Assembly: GCA_964291265.2 (NCBI GenBank)
Contig: OZ219747.1
Span: forward strand, 2,592,001 to 2,656,000
Origin: Alphaproteobacteria bacterium
GTDB lineage: Bacteria > Pseudomonadota > Alphaproteobacteria > SP197
Direction of reading: 5' to 3'
Length of the DNA: 64,000 nt
The translations under genes were made by a program, and so were the position numbers. Below, one piece after another: positions 11,194 to 21,459 of the stretch. Within the stretch, counting starts at the first letter, position 1; every line of letters begins with the position of its first letter. The notes below the pieces were generated by a model. That model had not been told where the DNA came from. It searched no databases and was given only the letters and a program-made list of their open reading frames with translations.

Positions 11194-12672
11194 TCACCCC
11201 TTGTTAGGGTCTGGTTGTCCGTAGTGTTGGTTGAGGATGTCTACGGCCTTTCCGTCGAGGGCGATGTGGATGGCGACGTGAGGGTTGTAGCCGAGTGCGT
11301 CCATGGTGGTGAGGTAGCTTGAGCCGCGGCACCATGCTTTGGCGTGGGGCATGGTGCGGAAACATCCGGACACCTTGATCTTGACCTTTGTCATCCTGAT
11401 CTTCTGCTCTCCGGTATTGTTGGTGAAACTGACGTTGGGGTCCTTCATGAAGCGCAGGACGGACTTCTCGTGTTTCACGAGACGTTCATGCAGGTTGTGC
11501 GCGTCGGACTTTGCGATGCGTCCACGTTTTCCTTTCGTCCGTGGCGGGATGTCGGGCAGTTCCTTGGCGCCCTGGGTGAGGATGGTGCGGTAGCGCTTGC
11601 GCACGGCCCGGCGGTCGGCCTCGTTCAAGGTCTTGGATGCGCTCTTGTTGACCCTGCGGGAGACCTCGCGCAGCAGGCTTTTCATCAGTCGCGCCCAGCG
11701 GTAGCCGTTGGACTCGACGACGAAGGTCAGTTCGCGCAGGAGATGGCTGCCGCACAGTTGGTGGCGGCATTGATCGTAGCCCATGTAGGCAGCCCAGCAG
11801 TCGTGGATCAGGACGCCCTTGTAGCGCGGGATGATGCCGATCTCTTCGATCGCCTCCCGGCCGCGCTTGGGGTGCGGGAACTTGCACGTCAGGGTGCCGT
11901 CGGTGACGACATGGAGCCATTGGGTCTTGCCGGCGACCCGGAAGCCGGTCTCGTCGACATGCAGGGCCGGTTGTTGCAGGAGATGGGCCACGGCGGCCTC
12001 CTCCCATGATGCGAGGGCATCGTGAAAGCGCCGGACATAGCCGAGGCAGGTCGCCTCGGAGAGCTTGATGCCGGAGATCGCGTGCACGAGCGAGACGGCA
12101 CGACGCAGGGACAGCATCTGGGCGATCAGCAGGTTGATGACGAGGGCCTGGATGCTGACGCCGTACTGCAGGGGGCCCGGCATGTTGTCTGGGAACCGGC
12201 CCTTGGTCCGGGCCCGGCACTTCGGGCATTCCTTGATCTCGGCTTCGACGCGGCGCTCGACGACTTCGAACACGATGTCGTAGAGGACGCGGCACTCCCG
12301 GTCGACGGGGTCGACATCGTGGAGGTCGGCGCCGCAGGCGTCGCAGGCATCGACGACGATCGTCTCCTCGATGGTGGTCGTGCGCAGGTTGTCGCCCGTC
12401 TGCTGGTTCGGTTTCGGGCCCTTGCCGTTGCTCCCGGTGCGCCTCGCGCTCTCGTCCTTGTCAGTCTGCGATGGCGGCAGACCGGAGTTCCGGCTTGTCT
12501 TACGTGTGATCTTCTCCATGAGCACGGTCAGCAACAGCTTTATCAGCATCAGCATGCCGCGGAAGAGCTCCTCGCACTCCTGGCTGACCTTGCCCTGCTT
12601 GCGGAGATCCTGGAACTGCTTCTGGAAGATGTCGGCCTCCTGGCGCACAGACGTGCCGTTCACGCTCGCCAT
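11194..12672 (-). CDS. tnpC: IS66 transposase (no tnpA/tnpB; ISBst12-like layout)
   Basis: NSGLPPS, HVDETG, HDCW, CGSHLLRE and FTNN.GE motifs. Confidence 0.93.
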   Translation of the reverse strand: MASVNGTSVRQEADIFQKQFQDLRKQGKVSQECEELFRGMLMLIKLLLTVLMEKITRKTSRNSGLPPSQTDKDESARRTGSNGKGPKPNQQTGDNLRTTTIEETIVVDACDACGADLHDVDPVDRECRVLYDIVFEVVERRVEAEIKECPKCRARTKGRFPDNMPGPLQYGVSIQALVINLLIAQMLSLRRAVSLVHAISGIKLSEATCLGYVRRFHDALASWEEAAVAHLLQQPALHVDETGFRVAGKTQWLHVVTDGTLTCKFPHPKRGREAIEEIGIIPRYKGVLIHDCWAAYMGYDQCRHQLCGSHLLRELTFVVESNGYRWARLMKSLLREVSRRVNKSASKTLNEADRRAVRKRYRTILTQGAKELPDIPPRTKGKRGRIAKSDAHNLHERLVKHEKSVLRFMKDPNVSFTNNTGEQKIRMTKVKIKVSGCFRTMPHAKAWCRGSSYLTTMDALGYNPHVAIHIALDGKAVDILNQHYGQPDPNKG

Positions 12673-13337
12673 GACGACGCCTCCACCGCCATGACTGCCG
12701 CCAGCACGGCGAGCCGCTCGCCTTCGGGCATCGTCCGGTAGCGCCGCGCCCAGCTCTCTGCGAGGCGCTTGATGCGCTGGCGGTCGATCGAGTTCCTGCC
12801 CGCACACGTATGCCAGTGCGGTCGGCCCGGTGCGAAGTTGAACCACAGCTTCTCGGTGACAACGCAGGCCTGGTTGTTGACCTGGACCTCGGCCGAGCGC
12901 CAGCCGGCGAGGTGCGTGTCGTAGAGCCGCGAGGGATAGCCGGAGATCATCACCTGGCAGGGCAGCGACGTCAGGATGTCGAGGAGCGCAACATGGTCAT
13001 CGTCCGTGCAGTCGAAGCGGTAGCGGCGCTGCGACCGGCGCGTCGACTGCACGTAAGGCGGGTCGCAGTAGACCAGCTCGCGGCCCTGGAAGGCGAAGGT
13101 CTCGAGAAAACGCAGGGCGCAGCCTTGGTGAAGCTCCACCGGATAGTCACAGCGGAAGGTGTCGATCGCCCGGCGGTTGAGGTCAATGCCGATGCTGCGC
13201 AGCGCCGGTGGCTTGCGCTTCATGATCGCGCCGCCCCCAAGGAACGCCTCGATGTACACGTCATGCGGCGGCATGGCCGCGACGATCGCCTGGCTCAGAC
13301 CCGTCGTCGCCTTCGATCCATACCATGCCGCCATCAA
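12660..13337 (-). CDS. DNA adenine methyltransferase (Dam/D12-like), IS passenger gene
   Basis: GSK, YIEAFLGGGA (SAM binding) and DPPY motifs; overlaps the tnpC start. Confidence 0.9.
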   Translation of the reverse strand: MMAAWYGSKATTGLSQAIVAAMPPHDVYIEAFLGGGAIMKRKPPALRSIGIDLNRRAIDTFRCDYPVELHQGCALRFLETFAFQGRELVYCDPPYVQSTRRSQRRYRFDCTDDDHVALLDILTSLPCQVMISGYPSRLYDTHLAGWRSAEVQVNNQACVVTEKLWFNFAPGRPHWHTCAGRNSIDRQRIKRLAESWARRYRTMPEGERLAVLAAVMAVEASSWRA

Positions 13338-13894
13338 TATCTCCGACGCAAACCGCCCCGATGGCCAGCATGTAGAGTGCCCCTCCTACAATGTCAAGCG
13401 CATATCTCCAGAGGATTGGAAAGGCAGCCAACCGCTGTGGATGATTGCATCATCACGGGGACAAAACCTGGCCATATAAGGCCGGAACGTGGAGCTGAAG
13501 ACGAAGATCGATCCGCTTCTTGTCAGTCGGAACACGCACATCCGATCATCGGAAGCGAGCAAGTGAAGGCGGCAAGAGACAATGCCGGATTCGAACCCGT
13601 CAGGAAAAACGATCCGTCATCAGTAGGGGGTGAGTAGTTACCGCAGGTGTACGATCAAGGGGGGACCATGACGCACATATCCCGGGTCTCGCCGGCATTC
13701 GCTCAGTTCCATGATGCCTCGGTCACTGCGTGACCGAACGCTTACGATTGTCGGCCTGCACGAAACACATGAAACCCTGCGTCACGGGCTGACGGAGCAC
13801 CTTGCAGACGGGGGCGACTTGGTGGAAAGTGAGCGTTGCCCGCCGGTCGCTGTGCCGGGTGGCTGCATGCCGTCGACTTCAGGGAGCACCTGTC

Positions 13895-14653
13895 ATGGCT
13901 GTCGTGTCCAGGATTCATCCGGAGAGAACCGGGACCGGGGAGTGGGAGATTCGCTGCGATCTCGCCGCCCTCTACCGGGCGTTCGTCCGCTACGGCTGGA
14001 CCGATCTCATCTACACCCACATCTCGGCGCGCCTGCCGGAGGAGCCCGGTCACTATCTCATCAACCCCTATGGACTTCTCTTCGAGGAGATCACGGCGTC
14101 CAACCTGATCGTCGTCGACTTCGACGGCCGACTGGTGCGTGGCGACTGGCCGGTGAACGAGGCCGGGCACGCCATTCACCATGCGGTCCTCAAGGCGCGC
14201 GAGGATGTCGGCTGGGTCCTGCATACGCATTCCCGCGCCGGCATGGCGGTGGCGTGCATGAAGTGCGGCCTCCTGCCGCTGACCCAGCAGGCCATGTTCT
14301 TCCATGGCCGTCTGGCATCCCACCCGTGGGACCTGCAGACGGCAGGGCAGGAGGAATGCGATCGTCTGGTTGCCGATCTCGGTCATCACCATGCCATGAT
14401 CCTGGAAAACCACGGGTTGCTCGCGTGCGGGCCGACACCGGGCTTTGCCTTCGGCCATCTCTACAACCTGGAGATGGCGTGCAAGGTCCAGGTCGATGTC
14501 CTGTCATCGGGCCAGGAGTTCATCATTCCCGATGCCGAAGTGGTGGAACGCACCGCCGCTGCCGGCGCCGACCCCGCGTTCGTGGCCGATGATCGCGCCT
14601 GGCAGGCCGTTCGCCGCTGCCTCGACAACACCCAGGGCGACTACGCCACCTGA
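13895..14653 (+). CDS. Class II aldolase/adducin family protein
   Basis: DLIYTHISAR, INPYG, HTH and NHG motifs; RBS AGGGAG. Confidence 0.9.
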   Translation: MAVVSRIHPERTGTGEWEIRCDLAALYRAFVRYGWTDLIYTHISARLPEEPGHYLINPYGLLFEEITASNLIVVDFDGRLVRGDWPVNEAGHAIHHAVLKAREDVGWVLHTHSRAGMAVACMKCGLLPLTQQAMFFHGRLASHPWDLQTAGQEECDRLVADLGHHHAMILENHGLLACGPTPGFAFGHLYNLEMACKVQVDVLSSGQEFIIPDAEVVERTAAAGADPAFVADDRAWQAVRRCLDNTQGDYAT

Positions 14654-14662
14654 TTCACGCGG

Positions 14663-16285
14663 TCAGTCGAGGAAACCGGCGTCCTCGCGCACTTCGATGA
14701 GCGTGGGACCGTCGGCGTCGAAGGACTCCCTGATGATCCCGGTGAGCGCCGCCAGGGACCCGGGTCGGGCAGACCGTGCCCCGAAGGCTTCTGCCAGGGC
14801 GGCAAAGTCGGGGTTGCGCCCCGGTGTCACACCGAGAGGTCCGATACGGCGCGCGATCATGTCATCGCGAATCTGACCGAGGCCGTGGTTGTTCCACAGC
14901 ACGATCGGCAGGCTGACCTTCTCGTCGACGGCGGTGGCGAGTTCGCTTGCCGTGAAGAGGAACCCGGCATCGCCGGTCAGGGCCGCACCGTGGCGCTCGG
15001 GTGAACCGAGCCTGGCCCCGATGGCCGAGGGCATGGCCGATCCGAGGGTGCAGTAGCCGTTGGGATGCGTGTAGCTGCGCGGTGTGGAGGTGGGCCAGTA
15101 CTCGTTGGCGAAGTAGGCGATCTGTGTGGCATCGGTGATCAGCCAGCCGTCATCGGGAATGGCGGCGCGCATGGCGTCGAGCACGGCCGTGAACCGCGCC
15201 GCGCCCGGGCGTGCGAGCAGGTGCTCCATGAACTTCCGTCGGAGGTCCGGGATGGCTCTGGAACCGGTGAGGCCCGGCTTTTCTCCGGCCGCGGGCAGGG
15301 CTTCGGCGAGCATGGTCATCGTCAGCCCGGCGTCTCCCAGCAGTGCGGCGTCGGGCGCGTAGTCCCTAGCGAGACTGCCGGCATCGACATCGATGCGGAT
15401 GAACCGCCCGGTGAACTCGAGGAAGTCGGGTTCCTTCCAGATATCGGTCTCGGCGAGTTCGGTGCCGACGGCAATGACCATATCGGCGTCTTCGATGAAC
15501 GCATGGGCCGGCGGAAACGCGAGGCAGGCGCCACAGTTGAGGGGATGGGACTCGGGCAGGGCGCCCTTGCCGGCGATGGTGAGGAACACGGCGGCGCCAA
15601 GCCGTTCGGCGAGAACCCGCAGGGCTTCGCCGTGGTCGATCGTCCCGCCGCCGGCGATGATGACCGGTTGCCGGGCGCCGGCGGCCATGGCGGCGGCCTT
15701 TTCGACCGCTGCCGGATCCGGGGCCAGGGGACCGGTGATGGGTGAGGCCCTGACGGCGAACTCCGCCGCTTCGGCAATCTTGTCGATGGGAAGCTCGATA
15801 TAGCAGGGCCGGGGACGGGCACAAGCGAAGGTGGAGAAGGCGCGATGCACGGCGCCCGGGATCCGTCGGCCGTCGAGAATGGTCTGTGCATGGGCGGTCA
15901 GCGGCCGGATTGTCGCCAACTGATCGGATATCTCGTGGAGGCGGCCGCGGCCGGCGCCGAGGTCGCTCGATCCGTTGGTGCTGGCAATCACGAGCATCGG
16001 CTGGCTGTCTGCATAGGCGTTGCCCACGGCGGTCGCGATGTTGGTCACTCCGGGGCCCGTGATGACGCAGCAAAGCGCCGGCTTCCCGGAAATCCTCGCA
16101 TGGCCGTCGGCCATGAAACCGCCGCTCTGTTCGTGACGGAACAGCACGTGATTCATGCCGGCATCGACGATGCCGCGATAGTACTCCAGGGTATGGACCC
16201 CCGGCATGCCGAACACCGTCTCGATCCCGTAGGCCCGAACCAGCTGCATCAGCGCCTGGCCCCGGGACAGGTTGCTCCCTTCCAT
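14663..16285 (-). CDS. ThDP-dependent decarboxylase, 5-guanidino-2-oxopentanoate decarboxylase (AruI)-like
   Basis: FGMPGVHTLEYY, RHEQ, TGPG and GDAG...NN motifs. Confidence 0.8.
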   Translation of the reverse strand: MEGSNLSRGQALMQLVRAYGIETVFGMPGVHTLEYYRGIVDAGMNHVLFRHEQSGGFMADGHARISGKPALCCVITGPGVTNIATAVGNAYADSQPMLVIASTNGSSDLGAGRGRLHEISDQLATIRPLTAHAQTILDGRRIPGAVHRAFSTFACARPRPCYIELPIDKIAEAAEFAVRASPITGPLAPDPAAVEKAAAMAAGARQPVIIAGGGTIDHGEALRVLAERLGAAVFLTIAGKGALPESHPLNCGACLAFPPAHAFIEDADMVIAVGTELAETDIWKEPDFLEFTGRFIRIDVDAGSLARDYAPDAALLGDAGLTMTMLAEALPAAGEKPGLTGSRAIPDLRRKFMEHLLARPGAARFTAVLDAMRAAIPDDGWLITDATQIAYFANEYWPTSTPRSYTHPNGYCTLGSAMPSAIGARLGSPERHGAALTGDAGFLFTASELATAVDEKVSLPIVLWNNHGLGQIRDDMIARRIGPLGVTPGRNPDFAALAEAFGARSARPGSLAALTGIIRESFDADGPTLIEVREDAGFLD

Positions 16286-16518
16286 GGCCGATCTCCTTGA
16301 AGGGCACGAAACGGTGATGATAGCTTCCCGCATACCTCACGGGAACGGAAAACCGCCATGGAATCCAATCCTCTTCGCTGCCGCCGGCCGGAAGGCAACA
16401 CCCCCCAACTCACCGATTGGGGATGCAATTCGGAATACGGTGTCCTCACCGATGTCCTGCTCGGACCGGCCGACAACTTTCACTGGCTCCCCACGAGCTC
16501 CATCTCCAGGGCTACGCT

Positions 16519-19101
16519 CTGCCCATTAGTCACAAAAGGTGTCATTACAAGTGAACTGAGAGGGGGTCTTCGCCACTGCCGCCGCCTGCCAGAAGCACGC
16601 CCGGCGATCGTGCGGACCGAATGCTTGACAAGACCAGCGCACCCTGTCAGGCTGCCCAACGTCATGGACTACACTCCCCTGCCGATCCGGTCAACATTGG
16701 ACCAACCCGAGGCCCTGGCCCGGCTGCAGCCGATCCTGGATGGCTCGTCGAGCCGCTGGGCCGCAACCCGCGCCACCTGTGCCGCCTTTGCGCTGCGCGA
16801 CGGGCGCGGACATCTGCGCCTGCAGAGCTGCCTGTCGGCGCTTGAAGCCCTGGACCGGGCCGGGCGCATCCGGCTGCCGCCGGCGCGTCCGGGGCCGGCG
16901 CACCGGGCGCCGCGCACGGATCCCCGGACGCGGCCGGCGCCGCCGTTGCCGGAGGTCCCGGACCAGGCGGGGCAGATCCCCGACCTTGCGGTGTCGCCGG
17001 TGACCGACCGCGCCGGCAAGCACACGTGGGCGGCGATGATGGCCCGGGAGCATCCTCTCGGTCCGGTGCGGGCGGCGGGATCGCAGATCCGCTACGTCCT
17101 GACCTCGGGCGAGGGGGTTCTCGGCGGCTTCCTGTGTGCGGCGCCGACCCGTGTGCAGGCGGCGCGGGATCGCTGGATCGGCTGGACCCCGGCGCAGTGT
17201 GCGGCGGGGCGGCACCGCATCGTCGGCCTGGCGCGCTTCCTGATCCGGCCGGCTCTTGGGCGCTGCCGCAACCTCGCGTCGCGGGCGCTCGGCCTGTGCC
17301 TGCGCCGGGTGGTTGGGGACTACGAGGCCCTCTACGGTCTGCGTCCGGTACTCATCGAAACGTATGTCGGTCCCGAGCACGACGGCACCAGCTGCCGGGC
17401 GAGTGGATGGATCCGGGTCGGGCAGACGGCCGGTCGCGACCGTCATCGCCGGCCGGTGGCGGTCAAGCAGGTCTGGCTACGCCCGCTCAGCACCGACTGG
17501 CGTTGGCAGCTGGGGGTCCGGGTGGAGCCGTTGACGCCGTGGGCGGGTCTGGACAGCACCCGGTGGGCGGAGCAGGAACTGGCCGGAGCGGACTTCGGCG
17601 ATGTCCGGCTGAGCCGGCGTCTTGTACAATCGGCTGCTCTGCTGGCGCAGACGCCTTCGAAGACCTTCGTGACCGCAGCCCGGGGAGATGCAGCGATGGT
17701 GACCGGCTATTATCGTCTGATTGAGCACCCCGATAGCGCCGCCGTCTCGGCACAGGCGATCCTCGCTCCGCATCGCAAGCGGACCCGTCAGCGGATCCAG
17801 GGACAGGACACGGTGCTGCTGATCCAGGACGGCTCCGACATCAACCTGGCGACGCACCAGGCCTGCGAGGGTCTCGGCGTGATCTCCCGCAACCGGGGAT
17901 CCAAGGGCACTCTCGGTCTGCATCTGCACACGACCCTCGCCGTGGCGGCGGACGGCATCCCGTTGGGCGTGCCACGGATCGAGTTCGATGCGCCGCCGCT
18001 CGAGGGCGCCGCCGACGACGACCGTGACACCAAGACCCAGCGCTGGGTCCGGGGACTGGAAGACAGCGGGGCCCTGATCGACGGATTGCACGAGGTTCGG
18101 GCCGTGGCCGTCATGGATCGCGAAGGCGATGCCTTCGAGGTCCTGGAGGCCTGGCGGCGCCTGGAAGGGCGGATCCACATCCTCGTGCGGGCCCGTCATG
18201 ACCGCAGTCTCGGCAAGGGACGATTGAAGCTGTTCGAACGCATGCGCCGACAGCCGGTCCGGGAGGCCTGGACGGTATCGGTGCCGCGGTTGTCGGTACG
18301 GCGGGCGACGGGGTCGCAGTCGGCCTTCATCGGACGGGCCGCGCGCACCGCTCCCTGCGCCCTGCGCTGGAAGAGCCTCGAGATACCGGTTCCCGAAGGA
18401 CGCGCCGAACCGGGCGCGCGGGCGATCCGCCTGTCACTGGTCCATGTCCAGGAAACCGCCGATCCCGAGGACGGAGCGAAGCCGCTGGAATGGCTGCTCC
18501 TGACCTCGCTGCCGGTGAGCGATGCCTGCCAGGCCCGGGAAGTGGTCGGCTTCTACGAGCGGCGCTGGCGCATCGAGGAGTTCTTCCGCATCCTCAAGTC
18601 CGGCTGCGACGTGGAGACGGGAGCCCATCGCACGCGGGAACGCGTCGAACGGGCCGTCGCCCTGCGCGCCGTCATCGCCTGGAGACTGTCGGTCCTGGCC
18701 CTGCTCGGGCGCGAGACGCCGGGGCTCGAGCCCGGGGTGCTGTTCTCCGAAGCCGAGCTGGCGGTGATCGCGGACTTTGCCCGGCAGCGCCGCCTGGAGG
18801 CGCCCGACAACCTCGGCGCCGCCATCACCCTCCTGGCCCGCATGGGCGGGTACCTCCAGCGCCGGCACGACGCACCGCCCGGCGCCCACGTGGTCTGGGA
18901 AGGATACAGCCACCTCGCGCTCGGCGCCGACATCGTCGAGCGGGCCCGGCAGGTCGGCCACCAGAGCGAGGTGAAGCGCTGGATCTCGGGCTGAGGGCTG
19001 AGGCAAGGGCGCCTCGACCCACACCTTTCGCTTACCTCACGGCACCCTCAATGTGTGGCAAAAGTGCACTTGTAATGACAGGGTTTGTGACTAATGGGCA
19101 G
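16519..19101 (+). mobile_element. IS4-family element
   Basis: 39-bp imperfect TIR CTGCCCATTAGTCACAAA...; 8-bp TSD GCTACGCT at 16511-16518 and 19102-19109. Confidence 0.94.
16664..18994 (+). CDS. IS4 (IS50-like) transposase with N-terminal DUF4338 (DruA-like) domain
   Basis: RDRWIGW...RFLI...NLASR...ETYV...GQTAGR, followed by GD.RL, QDGS, DREGD and YERRW.IEE.FR.LKSG. Confidence 0.88.
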   Translation: MDYTPLPIRSTLDQPEALARLQPILDGSSSRWAATRATCAAFALRDGRGHLRLQSCLSALEALDRAGRIRLPPARPGPAHRAPRTDPRTRPAPPLPEVPDQAGQIPDLAVSPVTDRAGKHTWAAMMAREHPLGPVRAAGSQIRYVLTSGEGVLGGFLCAAPTRVQAARDRWIGWTPAQCAAGRHRIVGLARFLIRPALGRCRNLASRALGLCLRRVVGDYEALYGLRPVLIETYVGPEHDGTSCRASGWIRVGQTAGRDRHRRPVAVKQVWLRPLSTDWRWQLGVRVEPLTPWAGLDSTRWAEQELAGADFGDVRLSRRLVQSAALLAQTPSKTFVTAARGDAAMVTGYYRLIEHPDSAAVSAQAILAPHRKRTRQRIQGQDTVLLIQDGSDINLATHQACEGLGVISRNRGSKGTLGLHLHTTLAVAADGIPLGVPRIEFDAPPLEGAADDDRDTKTQRWVRGLEDSGALIDGLHEVRAVAVMDREGDAFEVLEAWRRLEGRIHILVRARHDRSLGKGRLKLFERMRRQPVREAWTVSVPRLSVRRATGSQSAFIGRAARTAPCALRWKSLEIPVPEGRAEPGARAIRLSLVHVQETADPEDGAKPLEWLLLTSLPVSDACQAREVVGFYERRWRIEEFFRILKSGCDVETGAHRTRERVERAVALRAVIAWRLSVLALLGRETPGLEPGVLFSEAELAVIADFARQRRLEAPDNLGAAITLLARMGGYLQRRHDAPPGAHVVWEGYSHLALGADIVERARQVGHQSEVKRWISG

Positions 19102-19873
19102 GCTACGCTCAAGCGCGGCGACCGGTTCGATGCGCAATTGGCCATGAGACAGCACCGCGAGATGGTCGATGCCTATGAGGAGGCAGGTGTGAAGGTGCAC
19201 TGGCTGGAAGCCGACGGCGACCTTCCCTACCAGGTCTTCGCCAGGGATTCCTCCTTCATGACGCCCTACGGCGCCGTGGTCACCCAGATGGCCCAGTGGT
19301 GGCGGCGTGGCGAATACGGACCGGTCATCCGCTTCTACGTCGACAACGGCATTCCGATCTTCGACATGGTCACGGCGGGATCCTTCGAGGGCGGTGACTT
19401 CGACATCATCGAGCCGGGTTGCGTCCTCATCGGCTGGTGCGGCGAACGCACCCAGGAACAGTCGGCACAGCAGGTAAGGCAGTGGTTCGAGAAGGAGGGC
19501 TGGGAAGTCCGCGTGACGCCGATCGCCGAACACTACGTCCACATCGACCTCATGGTCTGCATGCTGGCCGAGAAACTCTGCGCGGTCTGTCTCGACACCA
19601 CCGAACCGGCTACCGTCGACTGGCTGAAGGCCAGGGGGATCGAGATCGTGCCGGTGAACTACCCCGATACCATGGCGCTGGCCTGCAACGTGGTCTCCCT
19701 GGGCAATGACCGGGTCATTGCGCCAGCCCATGCCAAGGACCTGGTGGCTCGCCTGAAGGCCCTCGGCCTTGCTGTCTATGACCCCGACGTGGACTGCTTT
19801 ACCCGCGGCGGCGGCGGTGTTCACTGCATGGCGCAATCGCTGCGCCGCGAGCCGGTCTGAGCGGAGACAGTTG

Positions 19874-20644
19874 ATGTCACGACCGGTCATGATCGTCACC
19901 GGCGGCAGCCGCGGCATCGGGGCGGAGATCGCCTGTCTGGCCGGAAGGCGGGGCCATGATGTCGCGGTCAACTACGCCGCCTCCCGGGCCCGCGCCGAAG
20001 AGGTGACGGATGCGGTTCGGGCCGCAGGCGGACGGGCCGTGGCCATCCGCGCCGATGTGTCCCGGCCCGATGACATCGATTCACTCTTCGAGGAGACCGA
20101 CCGCCTGCTCGGTGTTCCGGCAGTCCTGGTCAACAACGCCGGAATCTCCGTCGAGACGCCGGTGGCCGATCACGAGATCGGCACGGTCCGGCGGATCATC
20201 GACACCAACCTTCTGGGGCCGGTGCTCGCCAGTCGTCAGGCGATCCGCCGCATGTCGACGAAGAGGGGTGGCAGAGGTGGCGTCATCGTCAACGTGTCAT
20301 CGATTTCCGGTCTCTACGGTGGGCTGCCCGGTGACGTCGTCTACGCGGCGACCAAGGGCGGACTCGATTCCCTCACCCTGGGCCTCGCCAAGGAGGTGGC
20401 GGGAGAGGGCATCCGCGTATGCTGCGTGCGTCCCGGCCTCATCAGGACCGAAATCTGGGATGACGGCATGGGGCAGGACGAGGTGAGCGAACTCGGCAGG
20501 CGTGCCGTTCCGATCGGCCGCATCGGCGAGGTCGGTGATATCGCTGCGGCGGTCCTGTGGATGTGTTCCGACGAGGCGGCCTACATCACGGGCGCCCTTC
20601 TCAATGTCAGCGGCGGTCGCGAGACGTTCGTGCGTGGCGGCTGA
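19874..20644 (+). CDS. SDR family oxidoreductase
   Basis: TGGSRGIG, NNAG and YAATK motifs. Confidence 0.92.
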   Translation: MSRPVMIVTGGSRGIGAEIACLAGRRGHDVAVNYAASRARAEEVTDAVRAAGGRAVAIRADVSRPDDIDSLFEETDRLLGVPAVLVNNAGISVETPVADHEIGTVRRIIDTNLLGPVLASRQAIRRMSTKRGGRGGVIVNVSSISGLYGGLPGDVVYAATKGGLDSLTLGLAKEVAGEGIRVCCVRPGLIRTEIWDDGMGQDEVSELGRRAVPIGRIGEVGDIAAAVLWMCSDEAAYITGALLNVSGGRETFVRGG

Positions 20645-20658
20645 TCGAAGTTTCCGGT

Positions 20659-21456
20659 CTATCTCCCGGTGAACCGGGGCTTGCGCTTCTCTGCAAAGGC
20701 GCGCGGACCCTCCCTTGCGTCGTCGCTGGCGAGCATGCGCGCGTAGATCGGCAGGCCGCCGCCCCGCAGCGTGTGGAAGCAGTCGGGGATCGACATGTGC
20801 ATGGTATGGCGCACCGCCTCCTTGGTGGCCTGCAGCGCCAGCGGTCCGCCCTCGGCCAGATGTTCCGCGGTCTCGCGGGCGCGGGCCATCAATTCCTCGG
20901 GTTCCACGATCTCGTTCACGAGCCCCCACTTGAGGGCCTCTTCGGCGCCCATGCGACGCCCGCTGAGCAGGATGTCCATGGCAACCGAGTGGGGCAGGCG
21001 GCGGGGCAGGATCTGGATGGCGCCGGCATCGGCGATGAAGCCCATGTGCACGTCGGGAATGAAGAAGGTGGCGTGAGGAACCGCGTACTGGATATCGCTG
21101 GCCAGGGCAATTTCCCAACCGCCGCCCACGGCGTATCCGTTGATGGCGGCGATGACCGGCTTATAGAGGTCCCACATCTCCGTGATGCCGGCAAATCCAC
21201 CGTCAACCCGTTCCTCCGCGCCGGTGTCGCCGGTATCGAAGTCGCGCGCCGCTTCCTTGAGATCCCATCCCGGGGAGAAGAACTTGTCGCCGGCGCCCGT
21301 GACGATGCCCACCAGGAGATCGGGATCGTCGCGCAATGTCGCGAAGGCCCGGGAGAGGCCCGCCGTCACCTTGCGGCCGATGGCATTGGCCGGCGGATTG
21401 TCGATGGTGATCTCGAGGACCTTGCCCCAGCGTTCGCAGTGCACCACGTTACCCAT
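20659..21456 (-). CDS. Enoyl-CoA hydratase/crotonase (CaiD-like)
   Basis: FFSPGWDLK, KPVIAAINGYAVGGG and EGPRAFAEKR motifs. Confidence 0.9.
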   Translation of the reverse strand: MGNVVHCERWGKVLEITIDNPPANAIGRKVTAGLSRAFATLRDDPDLLVGIVTGAGDKFFSPGWDLKEAARDFDTGDTGAEERVDGGFAGITEMWDLYKPVIAAINGYAVGGGWEIALASDIQYAVPHATFFIPDVHMGFIADAGAIQILPRRLPHSVAMDILLSGRRMGAEEALKWGLVNEIVEPEELMARARETAEHLAEGGPLALQATKEAVRHTMHMSIPDCFHTLRGGGLPIYARMLASDDAREGPRAFAEKRKPRFTGR

Positions 21457-21459
21457 GTT

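Larger units (their letters stand above)
11186..13641 (-). mobile_element. IS66-family element carrying a DNA MTase, copy B (intact)
   Basis: 15-bp TIR GTAACTACTCACCCC; 8-bp TSD CGCAGGTG at 11178-11185 and 13642-13649. Confidence 0.95.
11116..13745. mobile_element. IS66-type MITE/deletion derivative (~166 bp without the insert) hosting IS66-MTase copy B
   Basis: Inverted GTAAGCGTTCGG ends at 11116 and 13745; no TSD seen. Confidence 0.55.
16358..19860 (+). pseudogene. Amidinotransferase/DDAH/arginine-deiminase-family gene split by IS4
   Basis: N-part (NSEYG) 16358-16518 and C-part (FARD, EGGD, HID, GGGGVHC) 19110-19860 rejoin in frame. Confidence 0.88.
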
